64,000 nucleotides of DNA from Chiloscyllium plagiosum. Taxonomy: Eukaryota. The translations under genes were made by a program, and so were the position numbers. Location: NCBI RefSeq assembly GCF_004010195.1, contig NC_057735.1, positions 11,013,371 to 11,077,370 on the forward strand. Direction: 5' to 3'. The notes below the pieces were generated by a model, which did no database searches, was not told the DNA's origin, and was given only the letters and a program-made list of their open reading frames with translations. This document shows, piece after piece, positions 36,426-50,294 of this stretch (positions within the stretch are counted from its first letter, which is position 1; every line of letters begins with the position of its first letter).

Positions 36426-37411
36426 ATAGTGAAAGACAATTGGAAATGGAGAATAAATGGGAGAGAGTTGGACTCGTAATGAGATGGAAATGAGATAGTC
36501 ACATCTCATTGGAGAGAATAATGAATATTCAATCAAGATACAAAGTTCCAACTGGTGTCAAAGGTGCAGGAAGTCTTCATTTTCCCACATTGGTCAAGGT
36601 GAGAGCACCAGATTCAATGAGTAACTGGAAAGAAATATCAGATACATTGAGACAGAGCGCGATGCCTTATTGTTCATGTTAGTTTTGATTTGAATTCTGG
36701 ACATGGCAATGAACTGAGCAAAGCTTGTAATGAACTGGAGCTATGTCCAGATCACACTCCTCCTTCCCCATTGCCTATTGCACATGTGCTGGGAAAATAA
36801 TCCAGATCAATTCCACTTGAACACGTGTGACATTGGTATATCACAGAGAATTAATGCTTCCCTGCAGTTGTGCTGGTGAGCAGTTGACCGCAGGAATAAG
36901 TTAAGACATACAATGTCAGAGCAAAAGTTCAGCCCATTGAGTCTGTTCTGCCATTCAGTGAGATCATGACTGATCTGATAATCCTCAATCCCACTTTCCA
37001 GTGTTTTCTCATAGTTCTTCATTCACTGACTGATTAAACACCAGACTATCTCAGCCTTGAGTGTACTTAATGGCACAGCCTCATCAATCATCTTTGGCAA
37101 ATACTTCTACAGATTCACAACTACCTTAGAGATAAAAACATCTCCTCATCTTGATCCAGTGTTCTGAAATGATACCCTCTGGTCCAAGCCTTACCCACAA
37201 GGAGAAACATCCATTCTGCATCCACCCCATCAAGTCCTCGATGTAGCTTGCACATTTCAATTAGCTCACCTCTCATTTTTCTGGATTCCCATGAGTATAG
37301 GACCAATTCTACTCAACCTCTCCTCATAAAATAATCCCTCCATACCTTGGATCAGCCTAGTGTTCAACCTTAATACCTCCTGTGGACAGGAAAGGATTTA
37401 TAATGATCTTT

Positions 37412-38111
37412 TGATATGAAAATATATGTGTACTGTACCTTTAAGAGAGTTAAATTCAACAGAACTACCGTCGGATCTAAGTGTTTTGAAAAAAAAAGTG
37501 TAACATTTGGTCGAACAACTTGATCAGCTGGTTGCCTAGAAATGACTAGACAGGTTTGAAATAGGCCAATCAGTTTAAATTATACCCCGAAAAATGCCAA
37601 AATCCAATCCAGTGTGAATTTAGTATATTGACAATCTTAAAAGCCAATGACACAATCTGATGCATTGGGGGTGTAAGACAGGGGAAAACTGAACAGTTGA
37701 GAGGAGAACAGCCAAGCCACCAACATGTAAAAAGACTGCCCATAAAATAGATCTCTTAAAGGTACCTTTATCGATTAGTAACCTGAGAAGTAGCATTCCC
37801 AGGAAGAAGCAAAGAAGACTGAAATGCAGAGAAGAATGAAAGCTGCCTGGTTTTGAGACAAGAAATTTTATTTTGGAAATTATAATGGGGAGTTTTATTG
37901 GACTAGTACTGGAGAAGAAGAAGGGAAAAGACAGATTTGAGGAAGGAGTTGGAAATAGTTAATCTCTGTTATACATTAAGAACTAATGTTGTTAATTTTT
38001 ACTTTACCTAGTTCTTGGCCTATCAAATTTTCACTGATTACTACACAGGATAACTCTTTTCTATGTTGTTGGTTTTAAATTAAGCAGGAGAGTTTACCTC
38101 GTGTTGTGACA
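37412..38111 (+). mobile_element. Solo LTR, ~700 bp
   Basis: TG...CA termini and a near-perfect 4-bp TSD (cttt/tttt). Absent from the paralogous site at ~21990. Confidence 0.7.
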
Positions 38112-40361
38112 TTTTACAACAGCATTGTACAATGTTTTTGAAATATAATTATGCAGAAATGTGAAAAGGCCCAGAGTAGGCCATTCAGCCCCTCCAGGCC
38201 CCTTCAGCATTCACCTGGATCATGGCAGATCTTCCACCTGAATACCATTTTTGTTGCATTAGCTCAAGTCCCTCCAAATCTGTATTACTCAGAACATTAA
38301 CGATCTCTGTTTTGAATATACTCAAGGCTGGAGCCTCCAGAGCTCTCTGGGGCAGAGAATTCCAACAAACCATCACCCTCATCTCAGTCCCAAATGGTCA
38401 ACCCATTCTTCTCAAACTGTGTTTCCTGCTTCAAAACCCCTCCACCCAGGGCCACCTCATTGATGGGGAACTTAGAGTGCTCAAAATCATTCGTGTAAAG
38501 GCCATGATGCTCACCTAATGTTTTCGTGTAAACATTGTGACTGAAAGAGAACAAATCACCAGGAGAGTGAAGAGTCCCAGCATATCACATCCCAGACAAC
38601 GCAACTGTGTAAAACAGAAAAAACATAAAGTAATTTGAAGTAAACAAGACTGCTTCATATTTCAAACATTTATCCCCTGTTTACACTGCAATCTCAGTAT
38701 ATTTCAGCAAAGTAACACAGCACATGTTAGGGAAATAATTGAGAAAATTAAATTACAGTTTAATTTATTACTGAGACGCACAACAGATAAAGTAAAACTG
38801 AAACAAGTTTCAGTACTGTAGTACATCCTGTAATGTTATATAAACTGATGAGGCAGTCTTTATGTTAGCGCTTGTCACATGTAGACAAGGTGTGGCTATT
38901 GTAGTCCTAACAAATCACAGATGTTTAGAACAGCCTCTGGTCTAAATGTATCTCACAGCCACAGAAATGAACAACAGATAAAGGTCAAATGAAACAAGTT
39001 GCAGTAACATGTCCTGGAATGGTCAGCCCAATGTTATACGTGCGGATTATAAGGTTAAATGGTTGGACATTTACAGGTGGCACTGCACTCTGGTGCCTTG
39101 TAACCAGTGGGTGAGATGTGTCTTCAATCAGAATAGCATAATTCCATCATGTAAAAATTCTGACTGAAACAGAACAAATCACCAGGAGAGTGAAGAGTGC
39201 CCAACGTATCAGATCCCAGACAATGTAACTGTGCAAAATGGAAGAAATATAAAATAATTTGAAGGAAACAAGACTGCATCATGTTTCAAACATTTATCCC
39301 TGGTGACATTGTAATCTTCTGATATGGTCACAAAGTAAAGCTGCACAGCTCAGGCAGTTCAGTGGGAAAACTAAATTACAGTTTAATTTATGAATGACAT
39401 GGACTTTATCTGTTAAAGGTGATACACACAAACAAGCTGTGAGATGTAATGCAAAGCTGGAGTGCAGCATTTATGCATTTTCTGCAGCTTTATTACAATT
39501 TTGTCCATTTTCAAAAAATTAATCAACGCCTTGTTCAAAATTGTTCAAATATCAAAGAGACGTAATGTGATGAGGTACAGTTGTTTGTCAGTATGAAAGA
39601 AACTTAACCAATGAGCAGTTTGATAAACATTGAATGAATGTGTCAGCCTCAGTGTTTGTATAAAATTTACCGATGCTGTTGATCTGTATCCTATAACTTC
39701 AGGTATAGAGTCATAGAGTCATAGAGATGTAGACCATGGAAACAGACCCTTCAGTCTAACCCGTCCATGCCGACCAGATATCCCAACCCAATCTAGTCCC
39801 ACCATTCATCACCCGGCCCATATCCCTCCAAACCCTTCCTATTCATATACCCTTCCAAATGCTTCTTAAATGTTGCAATTGTACCAGCCTCCACCACTTC
39901 CTCTAGCAGCTCATTCCATACACATACCACTCTCGGTGTGGAAAAGTTGCCCCTTAGGTCTCTTTTATATCTTTCCCCCCTCACCCTAAACCTATGCCCT
40001 CTACTTATGGACTCTCCAACCCCAGGGAAAAGATTTTGTCTATTTATCCTATCCATGCCCCTCATAATGTTGTAAACCTCTGTAAGGTCACCCTCAGCCT
40101 CCAACGCTCCAGGGAAAACAGCCCAGCCTGTTCAGCCTCTCCCTATAGCTCAAATCCTCCAACCCTGGTAACATCCTTGTACATCTTTTCTGAACCCTTT
40201 CTAGTTTCACAACATCTTTCTGATAGGAAGGAGAACAGAATTGTACGCAATATTCCCACAGTGGTCTAACCCATATCCTGTACAGCCGCAACATGACCTT
40301 CCAACTCCTGTACTCAATACTCTGACCAATAAAGGAAAGCAAACCAAACACCTTCTTCACT

Positions 40362-43300
40362 GTTGCTGAGAGAGACAGTGAATGGATGACCAAAAGACAG
40401 AAAAAGAGTAGCAAGGCAGTGCAGGTGTCCCCTGCAGTCATCTCCCTCTAAAACAGGTGTACCATTTTGAATACTGTTGGGGGAGATGGCTCACCAACGG
40501 AGGGCAGCAGTTGCCAGGATCATGGCACCACGGCAGGCACTGCTGTTCAGATGGCGAGAAAAAGACTCGTAGGGCTATAGTCATAGAGGATTCTATTGTG
40601 AGGGGAGTGGATAGGCGGTTCTGTGGCCGGAAACGGGACTCTCGGATGGTATGTTGCCTCCCAGGTGCTCGGGTTAGAGATGTCACCGATCGGCTGCAGA
40701 GCATTCTAAAAGGGGACAGTGAACAGCTAGTTGTCTTGGTGCATATAGGCACCAACGATATAAGTAGAAAATGAGATATGGTCCTGAAAGAAGAATTCAG
40801 GGAGCTAGGAAAGAAGTTAACGAGAAGGACTTCAAAGGTTGTGATCTCGGGATTGCTACCAGTGTCATGTGCTAGCCAGTGTAGAAATGAAAAAATAGGC
40901 AGGATGAACATGTGGCTTGAGGGATGGTGTAGGAGGAAGGGGTTCAGATTTGTTGGATATTGGGACCGGTTCTGGGGAAGGTGGGACTATTACAAAATGG
41001 ACAACATACATCTGAACCAGACCGGAACCAACATCCTTGGGGGAGTTTTTGCTACGGCTGTTGGGGAGGTTTTAAACTAATGTGGCAGGGGGCTGGGAAC
41101 CAGAAAAGAAAACAAGTAGGCAGCGAGGTGGAAACTGGAGACTGTAAGGATCATGAAGATAGCATTAATAAAGGGAAGAGTAGGCAGAGAGCAGATGAGC
41201 TCAAAAAAACTGGTGGCCTGAAATGCAAGGAGTATAGTGTGTAAGGCAGATGAACTTAGGGCTTGGATTGGTGCCTGGAGTATGATGTTATTGCAATCAT
41301 AGAGACTTGGTTGAAGGAAGGGCATGATGATTGGCAACTAAATGTTCCAGGATATAGATGCTTCAGACAAGACAGGGAGGGAAGTAAAAGGGGGGGTGTG
41401 GAGTTGCATTGCTGGTCAAGGATGATATCACGGCTGTGCTAAAGGAGCACACTATGGAGGTCTTGGGTAGCGAGACATTATGGGTGGAGCTGAGAAATAA
41501 GAAGGGTGCAGTTACACTGTTGGGGTTGTATTACAGGCTTCCCAACAGTGAGCGTGAGGTAGAAGAACAAATAGGTAAACAGATTATGGAAAGATGTAGA
41601 GGCAATAGGTTAGTGGAGATGTGAGATTTTAATTTTCCCAACATTGACTGGGATACACTTAACGTCAGAGGTCTGGATGGAGTAGAATTTGGAAGAAGTG
41701 TCCAGGAGAGTTTTCTAGAGCAGTATGTCAATAGTCCGATGAGGAAAGGGGCCATATTGGACCCGGTACTGGGGAACGAGCCAGGACAGGTGGTAGAAGT
41801 TGCGGTGGAGATTTCTTTGGGAACAGTGACCACAATTCTGTAAGTTTTAGAATACTCGTAGATAAAGAAGAGAGTGGTCCTAAGGGAAGAGTACTAAACT
41901 GGGTCAAGGCCAATTATATCAAAATTAGGCAGGAGCTCAGAAATGTGGATTGGATGCAACTATTTGAAGGGAAGTCCACATTTGAGATGTGGGAGGCCTT
42001 CAAAGATTGGTTAAAGATAGTGCAAGATAGGCATGTCCTATTGAAGATGGAAATGTGTTGCTGGAAAAGCGCAGCAGGTCAGGCAGCATCTAGGGAACAG
42101 GAGAATCGACGTTTTGGGCACCAGCCCTTCTTCAGGAATATAAATATAGCCTTCCTGAAGAAGGGCTGGTGCCTGAAACGTCGATTCTCCTGTTCCCTAG
42201 ATGCTGCCTGACCTGCTGCGCTTTTCCAGCAACACATTTCCATCTCTGATCTCCAGCATCTGCAGACCTCACTTTCTCCTGTCCTATTGAAGGCAAAGGA
42301 TAGGAAGGGCAAGATTTCTGAATCGTGGATGACAGGAGAAATTGTACAACTAGCCAAGAGGAAAAGGGAAGCATGCATGAGGTCTAGGTAGCTGAGGACA
42401 GAATGGGCCCTGGAGGAATATCGGAAGAGTAGGATAAGTCTTAAATGAGGAATCAAACAGGCTAAAAGGGGTCATGAAATAACTTTAGTGAGCAGAATTA
42501 AGGAGAATCCCAAAGCATTTTATTTTTATATAAGAAGCAAGCGGGTAACTAGAGAAAGGTTTGGTCCACTGAAGAATAACGAAGGAATTGAACCTGAGAG
42601 AATAGGTGAAATTCTAATGATTACTTTGCATCAGTGTTCACTGAGGAGAGGAACATGATGAATGTTGAAATTAGCGATAGAGTTTGATTAGTCTGGATCA
42701 TGTTGACATAAGTAGGGAAGATGTGTTGGGTATGCTTGAGGTTATTCAGGTGGACAAACCCCAGACCGGATGGGATCTATCCCAGGTTGCTGAGGGAGGC
42801 AAGAGAGGAATAGTTGGGCCCTGACAGATTCTTTGTGGCATCCTCAAATACAAGTGAGGTGCCGAAGAACTGGAGGGTTGCTCATGTTGTCCCCCTGTAG
42901 GGATATTCCGGGTAACTACAGACCAGTGAGCCTGACGTTGGTGGTGGAAAAGTTGCTGGAGAAGGTACTGAGGGATAGGATCTATTTATATTTAGAAAAG
43001 AATGGGCTTATCAGTGATAGGCAACATGGTTTTGTGCAGGGCAGATCGTGCCTTTCCAACTTTATAGAGTTCTTCGAGGAAGTGACCAAGTTGATAGATG
43101 AAGGAAAGGCTGTTGATGTCATACACATGGACTTTAGTAAGGCATTTGATAAGGTTCCCCATGGTAGTCTAATGGAGAAAGTGAAGTCATATGGTGTGCA
43201 GGGTGTTCTAGCTAGGTGGATAAAGAAACTGGTTGAGCAGTTGTTGTTGAAGGGAATTTCTCAAAATGGAAAAAAGATGACCAGTGGTGTTCCACAGGGA

Positions 43301-44263
43301 TCAGTGTTGGGGCCATTGTTGTTTGTAATATCCATAAATGATCAGCAAGTTTGCAGATGACACGAAGGTTGGTGGAGTAGCAGAAAGCATAAGGGACTGT
43401 TAGAGAATACAGAAGGATATAGATAGACTGGAGAGTTGGGTGGAAAAGTGGCAGATGGTTTTCAATCCAGACAAATGTGAGGTGATGCATTTAGGCAAGA
43501 TTAATTCTAGAGCGAATTATACAATGAACGGAAGAGCCTTGGGAAAAGTTGATGGGCAGAGAGATCTGGGAGTGCAGGTCCATTGTACCCTGAAGGTTAC
43601 TGCACAGGTGGATAGAGTGGTCAAGAAGGCATATAGAATGCTTGCCTTTATTGGACAGGGTATTGAGGAGAAGAGCTGGCAAGTTATGTTAACATTGTAC
43701 AAGACATTGGTTCGGCTGCATTTAGAATACTGTGTACAGGTCTGGTCGCCACATTACCAAAAGAATGTGGACGCTTTGGAGAGGGTGCAGAGAAGGTTTA
43801 TGAGGATGTTGCCGGGTATGGAAGGTGCTACCTATGAAGAAAGGTTGAGTGGTTAGGTTTATTTTCATTAGAAAAAAAGGAGATTGAGGAGGGACCTGAT
43901 TGAGGTTTACAACGTCATGAAGGGTATAGAAGGGTGGATAGATACAAGCTTTTTCCCAGGGTGAAGGATTCAATAACGAGAGGTCACACTTTCAAGGTGA
44001 GAGGTAGAAAGTTTAAAGTGGATACACGCGGCAAGTACTTCACACAGAGGTTGGTGGGCGTTTAGAATGCTTTGCCAGCAGAGGTGGTAGAGGCAGGCGC
44101 AGTTGATTCATTTAAGTTGTGTCTGGATAAATGCATGAGTAGATGGGGAGTAGAGGGATACAGCTGCTTAGGAATTGACGGATAGGTTTAGATAGTACGT
44201 TTGGATCAGCTGAGGCCTGTTTGTGGGCTGTAAATTTTCTTTGTTCTTTCTTTGTTCTTCTTT
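40362..44263 (+). mobile_element. Near full-length inner CR1 LINE (ORF1 SGNH-esterase, APE endonuclease, RT; disrupted)
   Basis: IVIEDSIVRGVD...CCLPGARV, TLLGLYYRLPN, DFSKAFDKVPH, GVPQGSVLGP, and a (ttctttg)n tail. Confidence 0.92.
42047..42279. mobile_element. Foldback Penelope-derived element with 13-bp TSD
   Basis: TSD tgtcctattgaag at 42034-42046 and 42280-42292. Inverted arms of ~92 bp with a ~12-nt loop. Confidence 0.88.
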
Positions 44264-47200
44264 ATCCTATCTACCTGCGACCTTCAAGGAGCTATGAACC
44301 TGCATTCCAAGGTCTCTCTGTTCAGCAACACTCCCCAGCACCTTACCATTAAATGTATAAGTCCTGCTCAGATTTGCTTTCCCAAAATGAAGCACCTCAC
44401 ATTTATCTGAATTAAACTCCATCTGCCACTTCTCAGCCCATTGACCCATCTGGTCAAGATCCTGTTGTAATCTGAGGCATCCCTCTTCAATGTCCACTAC
44501 ACCTCCAATTTTGATGTCATCTACAAACCTACTAACTGGACGTCTTATGCTCGCATCCAAATCATTTATGTACATGAGAAAAAATAGAGGGTCCAGCACC
44601 GATCCTTGTAGCACTCCACTGGTCACAGGCCTCCAGTCTGAAAAACAACCCTCCACCACCATCTAAGGTCTTCTACCTTTGAGCCAGTTCTGCATCCAAA
44701 TGGCTAGTTCTCCCTGTATTCTGTGAGAGCTAACCTTGCTAACCACTGTGCTCCATCGTGACAATATATTGTGATCGCTCTTCCCAAAATTCCCATTACG
44801 TGTTTCTCTGTCCATAAAGCACCTGTAACTGAGGAGTCAATATTTCAGAAATTTAACTGGGAAGAAATGCGTAACATAAACAGATATATTTTAATCAGCT
44901 ACATTCCATGGGGAACCTTGTTGAATGCCTTACTGATGTCCAGATAAATCACATCTATTGCTCTGTCCTCATCAATCCACGTTGTTACTTCTTCTTCTCT
45001 GTTATTTCACTGGATTTTGTTCCCTGAGTATTTGAGGCTGTGCAGTAATATTGATGATGTTGCTGTGTGAAGGATTGACAATGTAGATCCAGTTTATTGG
45101 TGTCAGAGATCTTTGAATCTTTAGATGGGGTCTTCTCAGACCATGTGTAGTGAATGGAGAGGGATCCCTGGGCAGACTCACAGGAGACTGTCACTGAACC
45201 TCCAGAACATGAGACATTTGTTGGGGATAAAATTCCAAGTTGGTGAGTGGAACAGCTTCTGTGGGAAAGAAACAACTATTGAGAAATTGAATGTAATCGA
45301 AACATCAAATACTCCCAAAACTTTGTCAAGTTTCTTCTGGGATTAAATATTGACCAGTCATCTCAACAAAGAGTAATAAAAAATATCACTGAGACCTTTA
45401 CCGTCAGAGGTGTGCAGCTTTACAGTAAACATTGGGTCAAGGGCAGGAGGCTCAATCCCACAGCTGTACCATCCTGCATTTCCCCATTGAAGATTCTTCA
45501 TTGTGTTAAGAAATATTCCTTGTGTTTGGTTATCAGTGATTGATGTTCTGGCCAATTTATTGTTGCTAGAAAATCAGAACGACGACTCCAAACGTGACAC
45601 CAATGTTTAATGTTTGATTGGTACCATTGTGCTCCGTCGTGACAATATATTGTGATCGCTCTTCCCAAAATTCCCATTATGTGTTTCTCTGTCTATGAAG
45701 TACCTGAAACGGAGGACTCAATATTTCAGAAATTTAACCGGGAAGAAATGTGTAACATAAACAGATATATTTTAATCAGCTACATTCCATCCAGTATATG
45801 ATAAAGGTAATCATTAATATAAACCCTTATCAGAGGCTCAGGGTGTGCAAATTCCCAGGGAATGATTGAAACAGTCAGGATATTTTCTTACCCCATTGGT
45901 CGTGCTTTGGGACAATCTTGAAATTGGGTTTGTGCTGCCCGCAGTGGGCTCTGACTCCACCGTGTGTGACATCATCGAAATGTTGTCCCCTCAGAGAGCA
46001 GCCTGAGTGACAGGCCTGGATTGGAGTCGGCTGGGGATCAGTGTGAAGGAGGGTACAGGTGCTGAAGGGTCCTTACTCCGACCGGAGAAGGAGGGTTTCA
46101 TCCAGGGAGGAGAGGGGAGTGTGTGGACTCATAGTGGGCTCAGGGGCTGCATTTTCAGGGCTCAAGGGGCAGATACAACAGGTGACCCAGGCAAGATGAT
46201 GAGAGACCTCAAGTTGGAGAGGTAGAGAATTGAACTTCAGCAAGGGATGGTTCATGAGGGGAGAGAGAGATCAATGTGCAGGGCCTTGAGGACAGTAAAG
46301 ACAGGATTGTTGTCAGTGTACAGATAGTAAAATAACAGCAGTAATTTACTGATTATTCTCTCCTCTCCTCTTAAAAATGTGCCCCTGAGTCTTGAAATTC
46401 CCCATCTCAGGGAAAAGACAACTACCATCAACTCTATCTATATCTCTCAGTATTTTATAATCTCCTGTCACATCACTTCTCAACTTCCTAAGCTCTTCTG
46501 AACTCCAGCAAATCCTAGCCTAAGCTATATACAACATGCAACTAAAGATGTTTCACGAGAGATAATCCTGTATCTTAGATTTAATCCAACCACCATTAAA
46601 TATCATGGACCAACCCTATTTACTGCTCATCGACACTGAGTTTGTCTTCTGCCAGGGACGTCAGAGGGCATCCTTCCCAACATGGTATCAGTGGCTCAGA
46701 TTAATGCCAGCATGATGGATTGGTGGTGTCTAATCTACCCAAGATATCCCAGATCATATCCTGCATTACAAGATTGAAAACTTCCTTCTCAGCAGCAATC
46801 TTTGACCATAATAGAGCAATCAATCAGAAACACACTTCTGAAAAGTGCTTTCCATCATGATCTTAGTTCCAGTTAAGTGCCCTATTCAGAACTTGAGTAA
46901 GAAATGGTCCTTTCTCATTCTCACTAATGCTGTGGTATCAGGGTTGCAACTGGATCATGGCAGCCACTTTTAAAGATGGCACCTATCTCTTGAATTGGGA
47001 AACACACTCTGTAATTCTAAGACACCCTGTATTCTTGTCCAAAATCAATTCTCCCTGGTCCTCTACTTACACTTTTAGCATCAATATCTTGAGCTGTTCC
47101 ATTGTTCTGCCTTTCTTTCCCTTCAAAGTTTACGCAATCTCAAAGTATTCCTTGTTTCTGAAGTCTTTGGCAGCTCTCACCCTCATTTATCTTCTTTTCT

Positions 47201-48714
47201 GAAGCTGGCAGGTCATCCTGTGGGTTTATCAATTCCTGGCATCAGGTACCTCTAAACGATGCCTACCGTGCTGCCACTGTAGTGTGAGATGAGGTTGACC
47301 ATGGAATGGAGGTCTGCACTATGGTCTTCCTGTACGTCTCTCTAAGGTTCAGTTTGGCCCTGTCCCTGTAGTATTCAATTAGTTGGCTGTCCTTATCTAG
47401 TCTGATAGTAATTTGGAGATAGTCACAGTAAAGCAATTTCAACTCTTTATTCACATAATATATACGACAGCAATCTAATACAGAGAGCTGCTTCTCCATC
47501 TCAGATTCTCTCTCTGAGTGTTCTCTCAATACCATAATTAGATCATCAGTTACACCACTAACTGACTAACATTAACCATTTTCTCCAATTCCTACTCAGA
47601 TACTACAAAGTAGATGAACTCCTACTTCCCCAGATTAAACTGCATCTTCCACACAGATTTGGCCATTGACTCTTTCTAGGTCCTTATGTACCTCAGGGTT
47701 CTGAGTTGGATGATCATACTGAATGGGGGAGCAGTGTCAAGGGGCCGAATGGCCCACTCCTGCTCCTATCTTCAATGTTTCTACAGACATTGCTGCTCCC
47801 CCTCTCCCCCCACCCCACACACAATTTACATCCTGGAATGGCTGGGTGATCCTTTGCTGTGAAGTTGATCAGTGACTCGAATGGCCCCAATTTGAAATGA
47901 AGGCCACACAGATCTTGATGCTGCAGCTACAGCAAGGATCAAGAAGCCTGACGCTATTCCGAACAAATAATCCACTTGATGTGTCATTTGTAACATCAGA
48001 AATATTTCAGCAATCTCTCATGTGATTAGTTAAATGGTTTGTTTCATCCTGAGGACATGGGAGGATTGATGTAAATACAAGCTTTTTTTCTTTACAATAT
48101 CTGTGAGCAATGTTTTTGAAATATTTACAAGGTGCTCAGAATAATTATAAATTAATATCATTATAAATTAATTATAACCTTCACCTTATATTGTCTTGTA
48201 GACTACACTGTGACCGAAACAGCACAAATTCCTAAAGAATGAAGACCACCCAACATACCACATTCCAGACAGTGGAAATGCAGAAACTCTCCCTCCAATG
48301 CCATTCTTATTTCATTCTTTGGTTCCTCGAGCAGCCTTTAGTCACAGTGTCCTGCTTCAATTTTCTTTATTAACTGAGGGATCATGCAGCTTAGGCAATC
48401 TGCTTCAAACTGATCGCTCACCAACTCTGATTCTAAACATTTCTTGTTCTTGCATAAGGAGAAACACGTTAGAACTCAGATACAGGTATCCACTACTTTT
48501 CAAAAGTTCGCTTTACACCACTTCACTTTTACAAAAGACCTACATTAGGACTTGTTTTCGCTAAATGAAAGAAATCCAAAGAGGATTATTGTTTTCATGC
48601 AAAAAGGTGAATTTTTTCCCAAATAAATGAATGTTTCTTCACTTTACACCATTTTGGCTCACGAAATGTTTCATAGAAACGCTCTACTTTGGGACAGGAG
48701 GGGATACTTGTATA

Positions 48715-49205
48715 TTGATTGATTTATTGTTGTCACATGTACCGAGACACAGTGAAAAGTGTTGTTTTGTGTGCTCTGCAGGCGGATCGTACCATACAAA
48801 GTGCATCATGGGAGCAGAACACAGTGCAGAATACAGTGTTACAGCCATAGAGAAGGTGCAGAAAGAGAGAGGTCAACACTAACATGTGAGAGGTCAGTGC
48901 AAAAATCCGATAACAGCGGGAAAGAAGCTGTTCTCGAAAGTACTCGTACATGCATTCAATCTTTTATATCTTTTGCCTGAAGGAAGACAGGCGAAGAGAG
49001 TAGAACCGGGTTTGGGAAGGGTCTTTGATTATATTGGTTGCTTCCCTGAGACAGCTGGAATTAAAGATGGAGTGAATGGATGGGAGGCTGGTTTGTGTAA
49101 TAGACTGGGCTATGGTCATGACTCTCTGTAGTTTCTTACAGTCTTGGGCAGAGCATTGCCACACCACACTGTGATGCATCTGGATAGGATGCTTTCTAAG
49201 GTACT
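48715..49205 (-). mobile_element. Rex1/Babar-like LINE 3' fragment
   Basis: CITVWCGN / AQDCKKLQRV..AQSITQTSLPSI...IIKDPS motif. Confidence 0.7.
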
Positions 49206-50294
49206 TTCTATTTCAATCTCTGTCCTTCCCTCAGGACCCAAACCACAGCTGGTGACAGCGGTCTCTGCACAGTGTGACATCCTCTTTAACCACAAAGGGA
49301 TGTCCTGAGTCACTTCCTCTTGCCTCGGTTGTTGCCATGGTTCAAGTGACCACACATACCAGCTGTGCTTTGTTCTACAAGGCAGCAGAATGAGGGGAGG
49401 TTTGCTTTCTCTCTAATACAGAGACTAATATCGGTAATATAATTACAGTGTGATCTGCCTGTAGGGAACACAAAACAACAATTGACATATGTACCAAGCT
49501 ACAGTGAAAATAATAATAAGTATATCAAAATATATGAAATTAATTAAATCAGATAAATAAAGCCTGAAATCAGCAGGGAAATGCCGGTCCCAGCATGCAT
49601 GAAGACTAATTGCTCACTGGGAGAGCTTGCAGCGACCATGGGTTGCTAGAGGCTAGTTTGCGGGCACTCTCCACTCTGCAGGCACCCTGCCTCTATTCCT
49701 GATTAAGGGCTTTTGCCCAAAACATCGATTTTACTGCTCCTCGGATGCTGCCTGACCTGCTGTGCTTTTCCAGCACCACTCTAATCTTGACTCTGGTTTC
49801 CAGCATCTGCAGTCCTTGTTTTTACCAAGTTTGTGTCTGGAGTTGGAAATGTTGGCTACAGAAGGGGTATGTTCTCTCCTTCATGGCATGCAATGCTTTG
49901 ATGTTGAAGTAATTTTCTCAGAGTAGCCCTGGCATCTTTGAGTTATAAATTGATAACTTGTTCCCTTGATGTTTTTACTGAGCTGAAAGGTACACAGAAA
50001 AGTGCCTTCGGGCAGTTATTTCTGGATTGTTTTTCACTTAATCTTATCCTTCTGAACTTCCTCCGAACCCCTTCCACAATCTTTCTCACTTTCCACTGTC
50101 ACCCTCATTACATCTTGCTCTAACTGCTCCAGATTGGACAATCAAACTCACTATCAATAATTCTCTGGCATTTGCCAATCCTATTCTAGCTTCTGGTTTT
50201 ACTTAAGGACTATTCCACATGTATTTATCCAGATGTTGTAGACTACTGCAGTCAATGAGCTGTTTGTAGAGCCAGAACATCTCTGCAGGTGCTA

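Larger units (their letters stand above)
39703..44985 (-). mobile_element. Outer CR1 LINE inserted into the gene C C2 exon (pieces 39703-40361 and 44264-44985)
   Basis: (ATGACTCT)n-type tail at 39703-39725. The two halves join at cttcact|atcctatctacctgcga. Confidence 0.85.
38515..45709 (-). pseudogene. Gene C: CD300/pIgR-like activating-type pseudogene
   Basis: V exon 45402-45709 has TGG>TAG, a mutated acceptor and a frameshift. The C2 exon has a 1-nt deletion and is split into 44993-45258 and 39671-39702 by CR1s. No stalk or leader exon was found. Two TM exons: 39147-39228 (open) and 38515-38604 (frameshifted). Confidence 0.9.

Noticed and set aside
40362-44263. Active LINE
   Set aside because: Numerous stops, frameshifts, deletions and a nested insertion.
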